Shown here in pieces: positions 9,578 to 19,146 of a DNA stretch of 60,597 bases; position 1 is the stretch's first letter; every line of letters begins with the position of its first letter. The translations under genes and the position numbers were made by a program. The notes under the pieces are model-generated. The model saw only the letters and a program-made list of their open reading frames with translations, made no database searches and was not told the DNA's origin. This stretch comes from a virus (taxonomy: Duplodnaviria > Caudoviricetes). The DNA is taken from the IMG/VR virus record IMGVR_UViG_3300042861_000484, positions 1-60,597 of that record. The stretch is one strand, 5' to 3'.

Positions 9578-10546
9578 ATGGGTAAGATTGGAAAAATCTC
9601 TACGATTAAGAAAGAGTACAACAACTCTCAATTGCAGACAATGCAAGGCGGTCTTGCGATTAAAGGACTCACTAGAATTCCTGGTACAGGAGTTTTTAAG
9701 TATCCTTACAAAGAGCTAGATGGTAGATATAGAACAGGACTTGATCCTGAAGCTAACTACATCCGCAGAATCTCTGATCCTCTAGAAAGAGAACTGGAGG
9801 TTGAACGTGTAAAGAACCTTAGAGAGAAACTTGAAGTTGCTCTTGGGGGAATTGACCTGGGACCTCGTTCTAAGTTTTGGAACTATGGGCTCTCAACATC
9901 CTCAGATGATGCTCTCCACGTACAGCCTGTAAAGCTGGTAGATGGTGACAACTTCTTTGATCTTAGTATGCCTCTCCAAGAACTTGCATTCTCTTGGTTG
10001 CGTGTTCACCCCACAATTGCTTCTAGTTATCAAGCTTGGGAGCGTGGTGAATATCCTGCTGATATTCAGTTCTATGTAGCTGATGATGAAATTGAAAATG
10101 CTGTTCTGTTTAAGAAGAAGCAACTCATCAACAAGGCTATTGTCAAGTTTGATGCTATGACTCCTGAAAAGAAGAGAAAGGTAGCTCGCTTGCTTGGTTT
10201 GCCTGTTACAGAAGATACCAAAGAGGAAGCTGTATATAATCTAGTAGATAACGTCCTTAAACAAACTGAATTCAAGAATGGCAAATATCAAGGGCTGAAC
10301 CCTGTAGAGGTGTTCACTCGATTTGCAGATATGAAGGAAAACTTACTCCATATTAAAGACCTTGTAAAACAAGCCATCACACACTCAGTTTACAGACTGA
10401 AGGCTAATGGTAAGGTTTACGAAGGTGAGTTTGAAGTGGCAAAAGATGAGGATGATTTGGTAAAACATCTTGCCGATGATGATAATCAGGAAGATCTGAT
10501 TACCCTCGAACAAAAGTTGAAATCTAAAAAATTAGCTTCTGTATGA
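9578..10546 (+). CDS. conserved virion protein downstream of the capsid gene (crAss gene-75 position)
   Basis: 322 aa; synteny with the crAss capsid block. Confidence 0.7.
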   Translation: MGKIGKISTIKKEYNNSQLQTMQGGLAIKGLTRIPGTGVFKYPYKELDGRYRTGLDPEANYIRRISDPLERELEVERVKNLREKLEVALGGIDLGPRSKFWNYGLSTSSDDALHVQPVKLVDGDNFFDLSMPLQELAFSWLRVHPTIASSYQAWERGEYPADIQFYVADDEIENAVLFKKKQLINKAIVKFDAMTPEKKRKVARLLGLPVTEDTKEEAVYNLVDNVLKQTEFKNGKYQGLNPVEVFTRFADMKENLLHIKDLVKQAITHSVYRLKANGKVYEGEFEVAKDEDDLVKHLADDDNQEDLITLEQKLKSKKLASV

Positions 10547-11274
10547 TACCTGTAGATAGTTTATTATACAAGATCGACCAGCGACTAAATAAACTATCTA
10601 CTAATGATCATCAACAGATCCAATTGGAAGATAAGATCTTAGCTCTCAATGAGGCTCAGATCAAGCTGATCAAACAGAAGGTAGACGGTTTTAGTATGGT
10701 GAGCGGTCTTGGTTTGGACGCTTTTAAAAAGCGTTACGAAGACCTTCAGAGCTTGGTTATAACATATAACAACCAGCCTCTTACACTGTCTGTTAAGAAT
10801 GCTGAACTCAATCAGTGGTTTGCAAACATACATCAACTCACTCCAAAGTACATGTTCTATATTGATAGTTATGTACTGGCTGACAAGGGGAGATGTAAGG
10901 ATAGGAAGATTTGGATAAACAAGGATTTGGCAAAGCATGGAGATATTTCCCTGCTTCTGAACAACACCCATTACAAACCTTCCTTTGAGTATCAGGAAAC
11001 ATTCAACTTTCTGTCTTCAGATGAGATAAGTATTTTCACAGATGGTACGTTCACTCCAACTAAAATATACATCTCTTACATGAGATATCCTGTGTACATC
11101 GATAAGGCAGGATATGTTAAGTTTGATGGAACACCCTCTGTAGATCAAAACTGTGAGCTTGAAACCTATCTTGAAGATGAGCTTCTGGATCTGACAGTAC
11201 AAAACCTGGCTATGTACACTGAAAATCAATCTGCTGTACAAAGCTCAATAATGAGAATTCAAACAAACGAATAA
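10543..11274 (+). CDS. head-tail ring/adaptor protein (crAss gene-74 position)
   Basis: 243 aa; LNEAQ near N-terminus, YISYMRYP...CEL...EDELLD C-terminal pattern typical of crAss ring proteins; synteny. Confidence 0.7.
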   Translation: MIPVDSLLYKIDQRLNKLSTNDHQQIQLEDKILALNEAQIKLIKQKVDGFSMVSGLGLDAFKKRYEDLQSLVITYNNQPLTLSVKNAELNQWFANIHQLTPKYMFYIDSYVLADKGRCKDRKIWINKDLAKHGDISLLLNNTHYKPSFEYQETFNFLSSDEISIFTDGTFTPTKIYISYMRYPVYIDKAGYVKFDGTPSVDQNCELETYLEDELLDLTVQNLAMYTENQSAVQSSIMRIQTNE

Positions 11275-11301
11275 GTATTTTTAACCTTTAAATAAAAAAC
11301 A

Positions 11302-12468
11302 ATGGCTGATTTTTCTTTAACTACGGTCTTCGTGGTTCCTGTTGGTAGTGGTATTGCCAATAGCGGTTCTACTCAAGACCTCACAGCTGGTAAGGTGGGC
11401 TTCTTCAAGAATGACTACACTGTTGCCACTGCTGTAAACATTGCTGCTGCCCCCTACTTCTATGTAGCTCAAGGTAGAACAAACACTTATCTGCAAGGTT
11501 CTAAGCGTTCTGACAAGATCAAGGGTTGCCCTTCTGGTTCTGGTTGTAACTCTAACGTAACTGAGTTTTACAAGGTGGAAGGATGTCCTACCCCTGTAAC
11601 CCAGATTACAGACATTACAAGCTGGAATGTAAAGTGTGGTGACGTTGTTACTGTTACTTTGCGTGCTCACTCTAGCTACCTGGACACTCTGTACTTCAAT
11701 GGTTTCACTCGTAGTGTAACTGTACAGGCTCCTTGTTGCGATTGTGGTGCTGATCCTTGTGATAATGTTGATGTTCCTGCTTTGATTGACAGCATCATTC
11801 TGGCTTTTGAAAAGCAAGGTCCTGGCATCAACCCTGATAACATCACCTTCAGTGATTTCTATCAGTTCCAGCGTCTGGGTAACGATGCTTCTGCAATTCT
11901 GCGTATTACTGGTAAGCCTCTGACTAAATACGGACAACCGTGTGATGTTGCAGCTTTCCCTTATGAGTATGACAGAATGTGGTTCCGCACCTTCGTTATC
12001 CTGGGTCCTGCTACAACTGCTGACTTCATTGTTGCTGATGCTTGTAATGTAATCGCTACCCCTGTTATTGTGCAGCGTTCTTCTTATCCAACTGGTACTT
12101 CTGATGAGATTATCCAATTGGAGAAGAACTTCTACAGCTACCAAGCTGGTTACCTGAAGCACCTCTACAGAATGGTGGGTTACAACGAGAACTTTGAGAG
12201 CTGGGTATCTGCTGGTACTACCTACGATACTTTCTATATCAGATTCAATGAGTATGATAAGACTGTTTATCAGTGGGGAGACTATATCATGGAAGATAAC
12301 ATGGTAATCATCGCTGCTGAGGCTGGTTCTGCTGAAGCTACAAGCATCAACAGCATTCTTACTGCTGCTCTGGGTACTATCACTGGTGACAACACATGTA
12401 TCACAACTACATCTACTACCACCACTGTATGGCCCTCTACAACTACCACTTCTACCTTGATCCCGTAA
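11302..12468 (+). CDS. auxiliary capsid/decoration protein (crAss gene-73 position) with poly-Thr tail
   Basis: 388 aa, beta-rich, highly expressed codon bias, ends TTTSTTTTVWPSTTTTSTLIP. Confidence 0.7.
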   Translation: MADFSLTTVFVVPVGSGIANSGSTQDLTAGKVGFFKNDYTVATAVNIAAAPYFYVAQGRTNTYLQGSKRSDKIKGCPSGSGCNSNVTEFYKVEGCPTPVTQITDITSWNVKCGDVVTVTLRAHSSYLDTLYFNGFTRSVTVQAPCCDCGADPCDNVDVPALIDSIILAFEKQGPGINPDNITFSDFYQFQRLGNDASAILRITGKPLTKYGQPCDVAAFPYEYDRMWFRTFVILGPATTADFIVADACNVIATPVIVQRSSYPTGTSDEIIQLEKNFYSYQAGYLKHLYRMVGYNENFESWVSAGTTYDTFYIRFNEYDKTVYQWGDYIMEDNMVIIAAEAGSAEATSINSILTAALGTITGDNTCITTTSTTTTVWPSTTTTSTLIP

Positions 12469-12498
12469 TAGAGGAGTTGTAAATAATATCATATAACC

Positions 12499-12547
12499 TA
12501 AGCCAGAGGTGAGAGGATTAAAACTCAATCCTCTGGCTTATTTATTT
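12499..12547 (+). terminator. intrinsic terminator-like hairpin
   Basis: TAAGCCAGAGG...CCTCTGGCTTA stem followed by TTTATTT. Confidence 0.6.
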
Positions 12548-12554
12548 AAGAGTC

Positions 12555-13112
12555 ATGCCCACGTTAAACCTTGATATACTAGTTCTTCCTACATACAACA
12601 AGATGTTGTTGGGCGTTGCTGATGCATCCACATATGTCACCACTCCTGTAAATCCCACCATCGAAATCACTGTTCCATCTTTTGGAACTGTTGTTCTTCC
12701 TTTTACGGTGAATAATTACAACCTGTTTAATTCTGAGTCTCTTGGAATTACAGCAACTGGTGCTGCTCTTGTGCCCCTACCTGATGGAATATACAAGCTG
12801 AAATATTCTATTGATCCTGCTATTACTAACTATGTAGAAAAAACAATTCTACGTGTTGACCAACTTCAGGAGAGATTTGATGAGGCATTCATGAAGCTGG
12901 ATATGATGGAGTGCGATAAGGCTATCAAAACCCAATCAAAGGTGGATTTAAACACCATCTATTTCTTTATCCAAGGAGCAATTGCTGCTGCTAACAACTG
13001 TGCTCTTGATACAGCCACTACGCTGTATAATCAAGCACAGAAAATGCTGAATAACTTTGTGAAGAACAACTGTAATTGCTCTGGTAACAATTACGTAATA
13101 AACTTCTATTAA
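12555..13112 (+). CDS. virion structural protein (beta-sandwich plus helical C-domain)
   Basis: LPDGIYKLKYSI motif; located in the structural block. Confidence 0.65.
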   Translation: MPTLNLDILVLPTYNKMLLGVADASTYVTTPVNPTIEITVPSFGTVVLPFTVNNYNLFNSESLGITATGAALVPLPDGIYKLKYSIDPAITNYVEKTILRVDQLQERFDEAFMKLDMMECDKAIKTQSKVDLNTIYFFIQGAIAAANNCALDTATTLYNQAQKMLNNFVKNNCNCSGNNYVINFY

Positions 13113-13113
13113 T

Positions 13114-13254
13114 ATGGCAAGTTGCAGAAAATGTGGAGCAAAGTTTGGATGCGGATGTCAACTAATTAATGGATTATGCGCAGCTTGTCATGCTGCTGCA
13201 GCACAAGTAAAACAATCTTTTAAAAATGTTATATCCAAGATTGGTAAGCACTGA
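13114..13254 (+). CDS. 46-aa Cys-rich miniprotein (not in ORF track)
   Basis: MASCRKCGAKFGCGCQLINGLCAACHAAAAQVKQSFKNVISKIGKH*; starts 1 nt after upstream stop and fills the gap. Confidence 0.7.
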   Translation: MASCRKCGAKFGCGCQLINGLCAACHAAAAQVKQSFKNVISKIGKH

Positions 13255-13489
13255 TTGTTCAACAATCCCTGCTCTACTGCACGATATAGACCATAAGCTG
13301 AATGAATTAGGTGCTAACCTATACAACAATGTTGTATACATGTTAAACCAACCTGTTCCTGCTACAGCAATTATTGATCTCTTGAACTACAAGAGAATTC
13401 TTACATTCAAATGGTGTAACCCTGATTATGCTAGCAGTTACACCGTTGAGCAAATCGCTAGCAGAGTAAAAATTTTAAAATACAAATAA
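13226..13489 (+). CDS. hypothetical structural protein
   Basis: 87 aa; TAATG coupling to next gene. Confidence 0.65.
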   Translation: MLYPRLVSTDCSTIPALLHDIDHKLNELGANLYNNVVYMLNQPVPATAIIDLLNYKRILTFKWCNPDYASSYTVEQIASRVKILKYK

Positions 13490-14592
13490 TGAGCAACTGC
13501 AATAATTGTTATAACGGATGTGCTGAGATTGTTTCAGACCAGTGCGTTAAATATACAGGAGTTGACATTCCTGAGCTTGGTATTGAGAACGGTGATACAC
13601 TTGCACATGTAGAACAACAAATCACCACTTTCCTCGTTGGTACATTGGATGGTACAGGAATCAATTTAACTATTGATGAAGCTATCATTTGTAATCTGGT
13701 AAGTCAGTATCTCCCTGTATGTGCACCTTGTACAACTATATCAGTACTGGATGTTGTCACAGCCCTCATCAAGGCTGCTTGTGATCTTCAAGAACAAGTT
13801 GATGATATTGTTGCTGAGCTTGCTACACTGAACGCTAACTATGATGTTAGTTGTCTGAGTGGTGTTGTAGATTCTGATGATACGCATGATGTTCTCCAAG
13901 CTACAATTGATAAGGTTTGTCAGCTTGAAGTTGACCTAGCAGCTCTTGCTCTTGATCTAAGCACAAACTATGTAAAGCTGGCTGACCTGAATGGTCTGAT
14001 CGCTGCTTACATTGCAAGCACTGCTTCTTCAGGACAGCAGTACACCAAAATGGTTCCTTACACAGTTGTTGAATACTACGGTCCTCTCACCAACTTTGAT
14101 GCTGGTGGTGTAGGTCTTGCTGGTCTTGGTTGGGATAAAATCTACTTGTGCAATGGTGCAAATGGTACTCCTGATAAGCGTGGAAGACTGCCTGTAAGTG
14201 TTACAGCTGTTCCTGGTGGGGGTGCATATAATGCTGCTGTAGATCCTGGTATTGCTGGTAATCCCAACTATACACTGTCTATGATCACTGGTGCAAACAA
14301 TGTTGTTCTTGATACTACACAGATTCCTGCACACACGCACGCAGCCTCTGTAAACATTATAGATCCTGGACACACTCACACGCTTCCTAACGTATGGAAT
14401 GAGGATTATACAGGACACTTTGGAAGTGGTGGTAACTTTAACGAAGGACCCACAACAGACATTACAGGATCTTCTACAACAGGCCTCACTAATATTAATG
14501 TCACTGTGACAAATTCCTCTACAGGAGGTGGCTTGTCTCACAATAATATTCCCCCTGTTCTGGCTTGTTATTACATTATGTACATCCCATAA
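13489..14592 (+). CDS. fibre protein with Cys-rich N-terminus, coiled coil and tail-collar-like domain
   Basis: YLCNGANGTPDKRGRLPV, QIPAHTH, DPGHTH, HNNIPPVLACYYIMY match tail-collar/short-fibre patterns. Confidence 0.75.
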   Translation: MSNCNNCYNGCAEIVSDQCVKYTGVDIPELGIENGDTLAHVEQQITTFLVGTLDGTGINLTIDEAIICNLVSQYLPVCAPCTTISVLDVVTALIKAACDLQEQVDDIVAELATLNANYDVSCLSGVVDSDDTHDVLQATIDKVCQLEVDLAALALDLSTNYVKLADLNGLIAAYIASTASSGQQYTKMVPYTVVEYYGPLTNFDAGGVGLAGLGWDKIYLCNGANGTPDKRGRLPVSVTAVPGGGAYNAAVDPGIAGNPNYTLSMITGANNVVLDTTQIPAHTHAASVNIIDPGHTHTLPNVWNEDYTGHFGSGGNFNEGPTTDITGSSTTGLTNINVTVTNSSTGGGLSHNNIPPVLACYYIMYIP

Positions 14593-14603
14593 AACTAACT
14601 TAA

Positions 14604-14864
14604 ATGTCTTGTTTACCAACCAGTCCTTGTTTTACAGGAGGCAGTATTGTACCCTCAGGAACTAACTGTGGAGCAGATCCTTGTGACACCAAGCTGAAGA
14701 TTTCCAACTTAATTAAGTATGTAGGTCCCAATCTTCCTTGTACAGGCATTGACACTTGTGATGATCTTACAACCATCATCCAAAAACTAGAACTGGCTAT
14801 TTGTCAACTTACAACCACTACTACTAGTACTTCTACTACCTCTACTACTACCACAATCGCTTAA
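14604..14864 (+). CDS. small Cys-rich virion protein with poly-Thr tail
   Basis: KYVGPNLPCTGIDTCDDLTTIIQKL resembles KYTGVDIPELGIENGDTLAHVEQQI of the upstream gene; TTTTTSTSTTSTTTT end. Confidence 0.65.
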   Translation: MSCLPTSPCFTGGSIVPSGTNCGADPCDTKLKISNLIKYVGPNLPCTGIDTCDDLTTIIQKLELAICQLTTTTTSTSTTSTTTTIA

Positions 14865-14877
14865 GAATCAATAAGTT

Positions 14878-15534
14878 ATGGTTGTTACAATAACTCTAAC
14901 CACTGCTGGTGCTGACACAGGACCCTTCAATCTATACTCAGATGTTGATGGGTACACCTCAGCTTTTGAGGTGGGGGTGTCTAAAGCATCTCTCTTGGCT
15001 GGATATACTTCTTATGTAGCACCTAATGGTACAGCTATTGTCAGGGTGATGTCTGGCGGAGCTTGCACAAACTATATAGATCTTACACTGACTATATGTA
15101 CCACCACAACCACCACTACATTAGCTCCTGAGAATCTGATGATTTACTTGTCTTCTGAGAGTGGTAACGGTAATATTAATAATGCTGAGGTGTACTATTC
15201 AATTCAGCCTCCTCCTTTCTTGGGAACTCAGCCAGAACCTCTTGGTTTAACATGGACACAGTTGATAAATGGATTTACAATCCCTGAATGTCCTACAGCC
15301 CCATCATTAGCAGGTACAATAAGCATCCCTACTGGACAATACGCATATATTCAAGTGCGTACATCTGGAGGAGCAAATATTTATTTCATTGGTTACACCA
15401 ACTTCAATCCTTGTGTATCTGGTGTTGTGGGAAGCTTGTATACAGCTAGTTATGCACACAACTCCCCAGGAGCCACTACAAGTACTTACTACAGAGTGAA
15501 CAATCCTATAACAACACAACCCCATACTCCTTAA
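14878..15534 (+). CDS. two-domain beta-rich (Ig-like) decoration protein with poly-Thr linker
   Basis: ITLTTAGADTGPFNLY N-domain, CTTTTTTT linker, variable C-domain. Confidence 0.65.
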   Translation: MVVTITLTTAGADTGPFNLYSDVDGYTSAFEVGVSKASLLAGYTSYVAPNGTAIVRVMSGGACTNYIDLTLTICTTTTTTTLAPENLMIYLSSESGNGNINNAEVYYSIQPPPFLGTQPEPLGLTWTQLINGFTIPECPTAPSLAGTISIPTGQYAYIQVRTSGGANIYFIGYTNFNPCVSGVVGSLYTASYAHNSPGATTSTYYRVNNPITTQPHTP

Positions 15535-15590
15535 AAACCAATGAGTTATGGTGATATTAAAAACCCTGTTTTGTTGGTTTTACAGGGTAT

Positions 15591-15626
15591 CTCCTGGGGG
15601 TTTCTACCCCTGGGAGTTTTTGTTTT
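15591..15626 (+). terminator. intrinsic terminator
   Basis: CTCCTGGGGG-TTTCTA-CCCCTGGGAG stem followed by TTTTTGTTTT. Confidence 0.75.
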
Positions 15627-15668
15627 AACTAAGTTGGTTAGAACCAGTAACGGGCTTGGTTAAAATAA

Positions 15669-15701
15669 TTTGGAAAATATAAAATTTATTTCGTACCTTT
15701 A
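15669..15701 (+). promoter_or_regulatory. Bacteroidota-type promoter for the tail operon
   Basis: TTTG (15669-15672) + 21 nt + TACCTTTA (15694-15701), downstream of terminator. Confidence 0.55.
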
Positions 15702-15729
15702 CTCTAATTTTAACTAAAATCCACTTTGC

Positions 15730-16980
15730 ATGTCTGGAAATCAACACCTTTTGCAGCAGTTAGAACAGCTCCTGCGAATGAAAAGAAGTAGGAAGTTTTA
15801 CGCTGAAAGACTTGGAATTACAGAAATGGAGGTAGCAAATTTGCTAGAGGAATTAAGGAATGGTGAGGGGAAAACATCAGAAGCTGAATCAGGGAATTAT
15901 ATAAGTGAGCTAGAAGATACATTGGTAAGATTTGTTGAGGATGTATCTAAAGGAACTGGTGAGGTGGTATTCAACTCTAAAGAAGAAATCAAGAGTTTAG
16001 ATGAGTTGATTGAGAAGTGTAAGATTGATACTACTAAGTGGGAAATAACTAAATACGTCCAGAACTACTGGGGAAATGCTGAAGCTCCTCACTACCAAGT
16101 GAAAGCTTGGTTAGGAGTAAAAAAGAATGATCAGGTTTTCCAAGATAGTTTTATCTCATTTCTAGAGAACTATGAGCCAAGTGCTCCAACAGTTAAAGAA
16201 CCTCCATACGATGAGCTGAAAAGAGAAGGATGTCTTGTAATCAATAAACAAGATGCTCATTTCAACAAGCTCGATATTTATGGAGACAATGATATAGAAG
16301 CAAGATTTGACACATTTTTGCAGAAGTTAGAAATAATTCTTAACCAAGCAACTTTGTCCAATAACATTACTTATGCAACGTATGTTATAGGATCGGACGA
16401 ATTTAACAGTGAGTTCACTGGAACAACTACAAGAGGAACACCTCAACAGAACATTCTCTCCTACCACGAAAGCTTTCGCAAAATATGTGAACATGAGGTG
16501 AAAGCAATCAATCTTCTCTTAGAGAAGGTTACAGCATTAGAGGTAATATTTGTTTCTGGTAATCATGATGAGTTTGTGGGTTGGCACTTGGCTAGCTGGT
16601 TGCAAACTTATTTCAGAAACAATTTTAGAGTGCTCTTTGAGATATCTCCAAGATATAGAAAGTATGCAGAATTTGGTGGAACATTGATGATGTTCAATCA
16701 TGGTGATGCTCTAAAACCTGCAAAACTGGCTCATCTATTCCCAATGGAATACAAGCACAGTTGGTCAGAATATGAACATTTCTACATTTTTACAGGAGAT
16801 AAACACCACGAGATGAGCTTGGATTTCAATGGTATTAAGTTCTATCAACTCCCTGCTCTTTCTAAAGCAAAGAGTTCTTGGGATGATAAGAATGGGTATA
16901 CAGTGACCAAGGCTGAGTTAACAGTGTTCCTGATTGATTATGAAGATGGTATGACTAATATATTCAAACAGTATTTATAA
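15730..16980 (+). CDS. calcineurin-like metallophosphoesterase with N-terminal HTH-like segment
   Basis: DAH, GSD, SGNHD, NHGD, GDKHH motifs in canonical order; YAERLGITEMEV near N-terminus. Confidence 0.8.
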   Translation: MSGNQHLLQQLEQLLRMKRSRKFYAERLGITEMEVANLLEELRNGEGKTSEAESGNYISELEDTLVRFVEDVSKGTGEVVFNSKEEIKSLDELIEKCKIDTTKWEITKYVQNYWGNAEAPHYQVKAWLGVKKNDQVFQDSFISFLENYEPSAPTVKEPPYDELKREGCLVINKQDAHFNKLDIYGDNDIEARFDTFLQKLEIILNQATLSNNITYATYVIGSDEFNSEFTGTTTRGTPQQNILSYHESFRKICEHEVKAINLLLEKVTALEVIFVSGNHDEFVGWHLASWLQTYFRNNFRVLFEISPRYRKYAEFGGTLMMFNHGDALKPAKLAHLFPMEYKHSWSEYEHFYIFTGDKHHEMSLDFNGIKFYQLPALSKAKSSWDDKNGYTVTKAELTVFLIDYEDGMTNIFKQYL

Positions 16981-17708
16981 TGGCAACTTTAAGGAAATTG
17001 GTTTCTGATGTACGCTCTATGCACAAGCTTCTGTCTACAGATAGCTTAGTGACAGATAGAGCTATTGCATCTGAGATTAGAAATAACAGTCTCCTTTTAA
17101 TCAAAAGGGAAACCAACCTTAGAAAGCTGTGGGCTACATCAACCCTGTTCACCACTATCCCTTGTTTAGAGATGATAGAGGTGCCAATCTCTGAATGCTG
17201 TGGATATGTAGATCCTTGCTCTGTAGCAAGAAGTAAATTTAAGCTCCCTCGTATTTCTGAGGGCAACTACCAATATTTGATTCAGGGTGTTTGGTCTATT
17301 AATGCAATGGGGGGCACTGGTAAGAAGTTGAAGGAAATTACCATCAACCGTTACATCAATCTGCTCAAGCTTCCTATCATCAAGAAGGAATCCTATTATT
17401 GGATAGTGAATGATTATCTGTATGTGAGCGATCCTCTTCTCAAGGCTATTAGAATCGCTGCCTTATTTGAGAATGATGTACCTAACGAGGTGATGTATCC
17501 AGATAACGGATGTGGAGATTGTAAACCTAGTGATGATGATTGGTGCAAAAACCCTTTGGACAAAGAGTTTGCCCTTCCTGGATATCTAGAGAAACAAGTT
17601 CTTGAACTTACATCTCAAAAACTTCTGCAAACATATTTTAGGCTTGATACAGATATGACAGATGATGGAATAGATGGTCAAGCACCTAACGCTCCAAATA
17701 CTCGTTAA
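16980..17708 (+). CDS. tail ring/tubular-family structural protein
   Basis: 242 aa; position upstream of IHF-like and tail-tube genes in crAss tail block. Confidence 0.65.
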   Translation: MATLRKLVSDVRSMHKLLSTDSLVTDRAIASEIRNNSLLLIKRETNLRKLWATSTLFTTIPCLEMIEVPISECCGYVDPCSVARSKFKLPRISEGNYQYLIQGVWSINAMGGTGKKLKEITINRYINLLKLPIIKKESYYWIVNDYLYVSDPLLKAIRIAALFENDVPNEVMYPDNGCGDCKPSDDDWCKNPLDKEFALPGYLEKQVLELTSQKLLQTYFRLDTDMTDDGIDGQAPNAPNTR

Positions 17709-18184
17709 TGAGAGTCAAGATTGACTGGAGAAGTGCAAGTAAAGAAAACTACAATCAGTTCTGCAAGAAACACCCCTCAATAAAGCTAAGCTTTGATGAG
17801 TGGAGAAACATCATTTACTCTTTCACAGATGCTTATAAAGAGTACATCCTAGAAACAGGAGAAAGAGCAAAGCTTCCTTTTGGATTTGGAGAGTTTGCCA
17901 TAAACAAGAAAAAGAGAAGGAAGATCAAGGGTGTTGATGGGAAAGAGTTCATAAACCTCCCAATAGACTGGAAAAAAACTAAAGAGAAGGGTAAGGTAAT
18001 TTACAACTTTAACTACCACACAGAGGGTTATTTCTTTGGGTGGATGTGGTTTAAAGAAACAGCTAGGCTGAAACATCTGGAGCTTTGGTATTTCAAGCCC
18101 TCCAGAGTGACATCTAGACTGCTATCCCACTATTTAAAAACCAACGAAAAATATCAGCATCTATATTACGAATGGAAAAAATAA
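17708..18184 (+). CDS. IHF/HU-like DNA-binding protein (crAss type)
   Basis: ILETGERAKLPFGFGEFAINKKK core of HU/IHF fold; basic; conserved position before tail tube gene. Confidence 0.75.
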   Translation: MRVKIDWRSASKENYNQFCKKHPSIKLSFDEWRNIIYSFTDAYKEYILETGERAKLPFGFGEFAINKKKRRKIKGVDGKEFINLPIDWKKTKEKGKVIYNFNYHTEGYFFGWMWFKETARLKHLELWYFKPSRVTSRLLSHYLKTNEKYQHLYYEWKK

Positions 18185-18189
18185 GCTAA

Positions 18190-19146
18190 ATGTCCTACTA
18201 TTATAAATATAATTTCACATCTCCTGAGATAGTTTATTCCACCGTAAAGGAGGAACTGAAAAGCTATTTCGATACAGGAGCTGTGGATGATCTGATGTTT
18301 CCCACCTATCTGGACAAATGTCTCAGAAAGTTGGGTAGGGCTACTTATGTTATTTCTGAAGAAACTCTATATATCGAGGACTTTGAAGCTAGACTTCCTG
18401 ATAACTTCTTTGCTGTCAGAGAAGCTTGGATGTGCACATATGTAAGTGGATATCCCTATCAGTCAGCTAACTCTTTCTACTCCCAAGCTGTTGGTCAAAC
18501 CACCATTCAAGTGAGCCCTGTCACTGTTGGTGGTGATGTTTGTGGTGCATGTAATCAAGCAGCCTGTGTTGCATGTTCTGTATGTACACAACCATCCTGT
18601 AACTGCACCTGTCCTCTTGAGATAACTCAGGCTGTATATAAAACTAATAATCAGCTGAATATTGCTTACGAAAAGAAATATTTGCTGAAACCTGGAAACA
18701 TTTCTGTTAGAGCAGACTGTGCACTTGACTGTGCTAATTTCAACAGTTCTGCTGCTGACAGTTTTGATATTAGAGATAATAAGTTTGTAACCAACTTCAG
18801 AAATGGAGTTGTGCATCTGGTTTTCTATGCCACAGAATATGATGGTGGAGGAAACCAGCTGATCCCTGATAACTACCGTATCAGAGAGTACATTGAGGCT
18901 TTCATCAAATACAAGGTATTTGAGACCCTCACCAATCAGACCAATGATGAGACATTTAACCAACTTCAGACTAAGCTTGCTTACTACAAGCAATTGTCTG
19001 ATGAGGCATTCATCATGGCTGATATCGAGATCAAGAAGCAAGATGTATACGCTAAACAAAGAAGAATTGTACAGGATCTGAATAGATTCAACATGTACGA
19101 ACTTCCAAACAGAGTAAGCAGATATGGCTGGAGAAGAAACAACTAA
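18190..19146 (+). CDS. tail tubular protein (P22 gp4-like, crAss Ttub)
   Basis: position between IHF-like and stabilization genes; IEDFEARLPDNF and LIPDN motifs; Cys-rich insert. Confidence 0.7.
   Translation: MSYYYKYNFTSPEIVYSTVKEELKSYFDTGAVDDLMFPTYLDKCLRKLGRATYVISEETLYIEDFEARLPDNFFAVREAWMCTYVSGYPYQSANSFYSQAVGQTTIQVSPVTVGGDVCGACNQAACVACSVCTQPSCNCTCPLEITQAVYKTNNQLNIAYEKKYLLKPGNISVRADCALDCANFNSSAADSFDIRDNKFVTNFRNGVVHLVFYATEYDGGGNQLIPDNYRIREYIEAFIKYKVFETLTNQTNDETFNQLQTKLAYYKQLSDEAFIMADIEIKKQDVYAKQRRIVQDLNRFNMYELPNRVSRYGWRRNN

Noticed and set aside
11317-12528. 403-aa minus-strand ORF, and similar ones at 8023-8802, 8839-9540 and 18463-19185
   Set aside because: Antisense shadows of strongly codon-biased + strand genes; S/T/V-rich with no motifs
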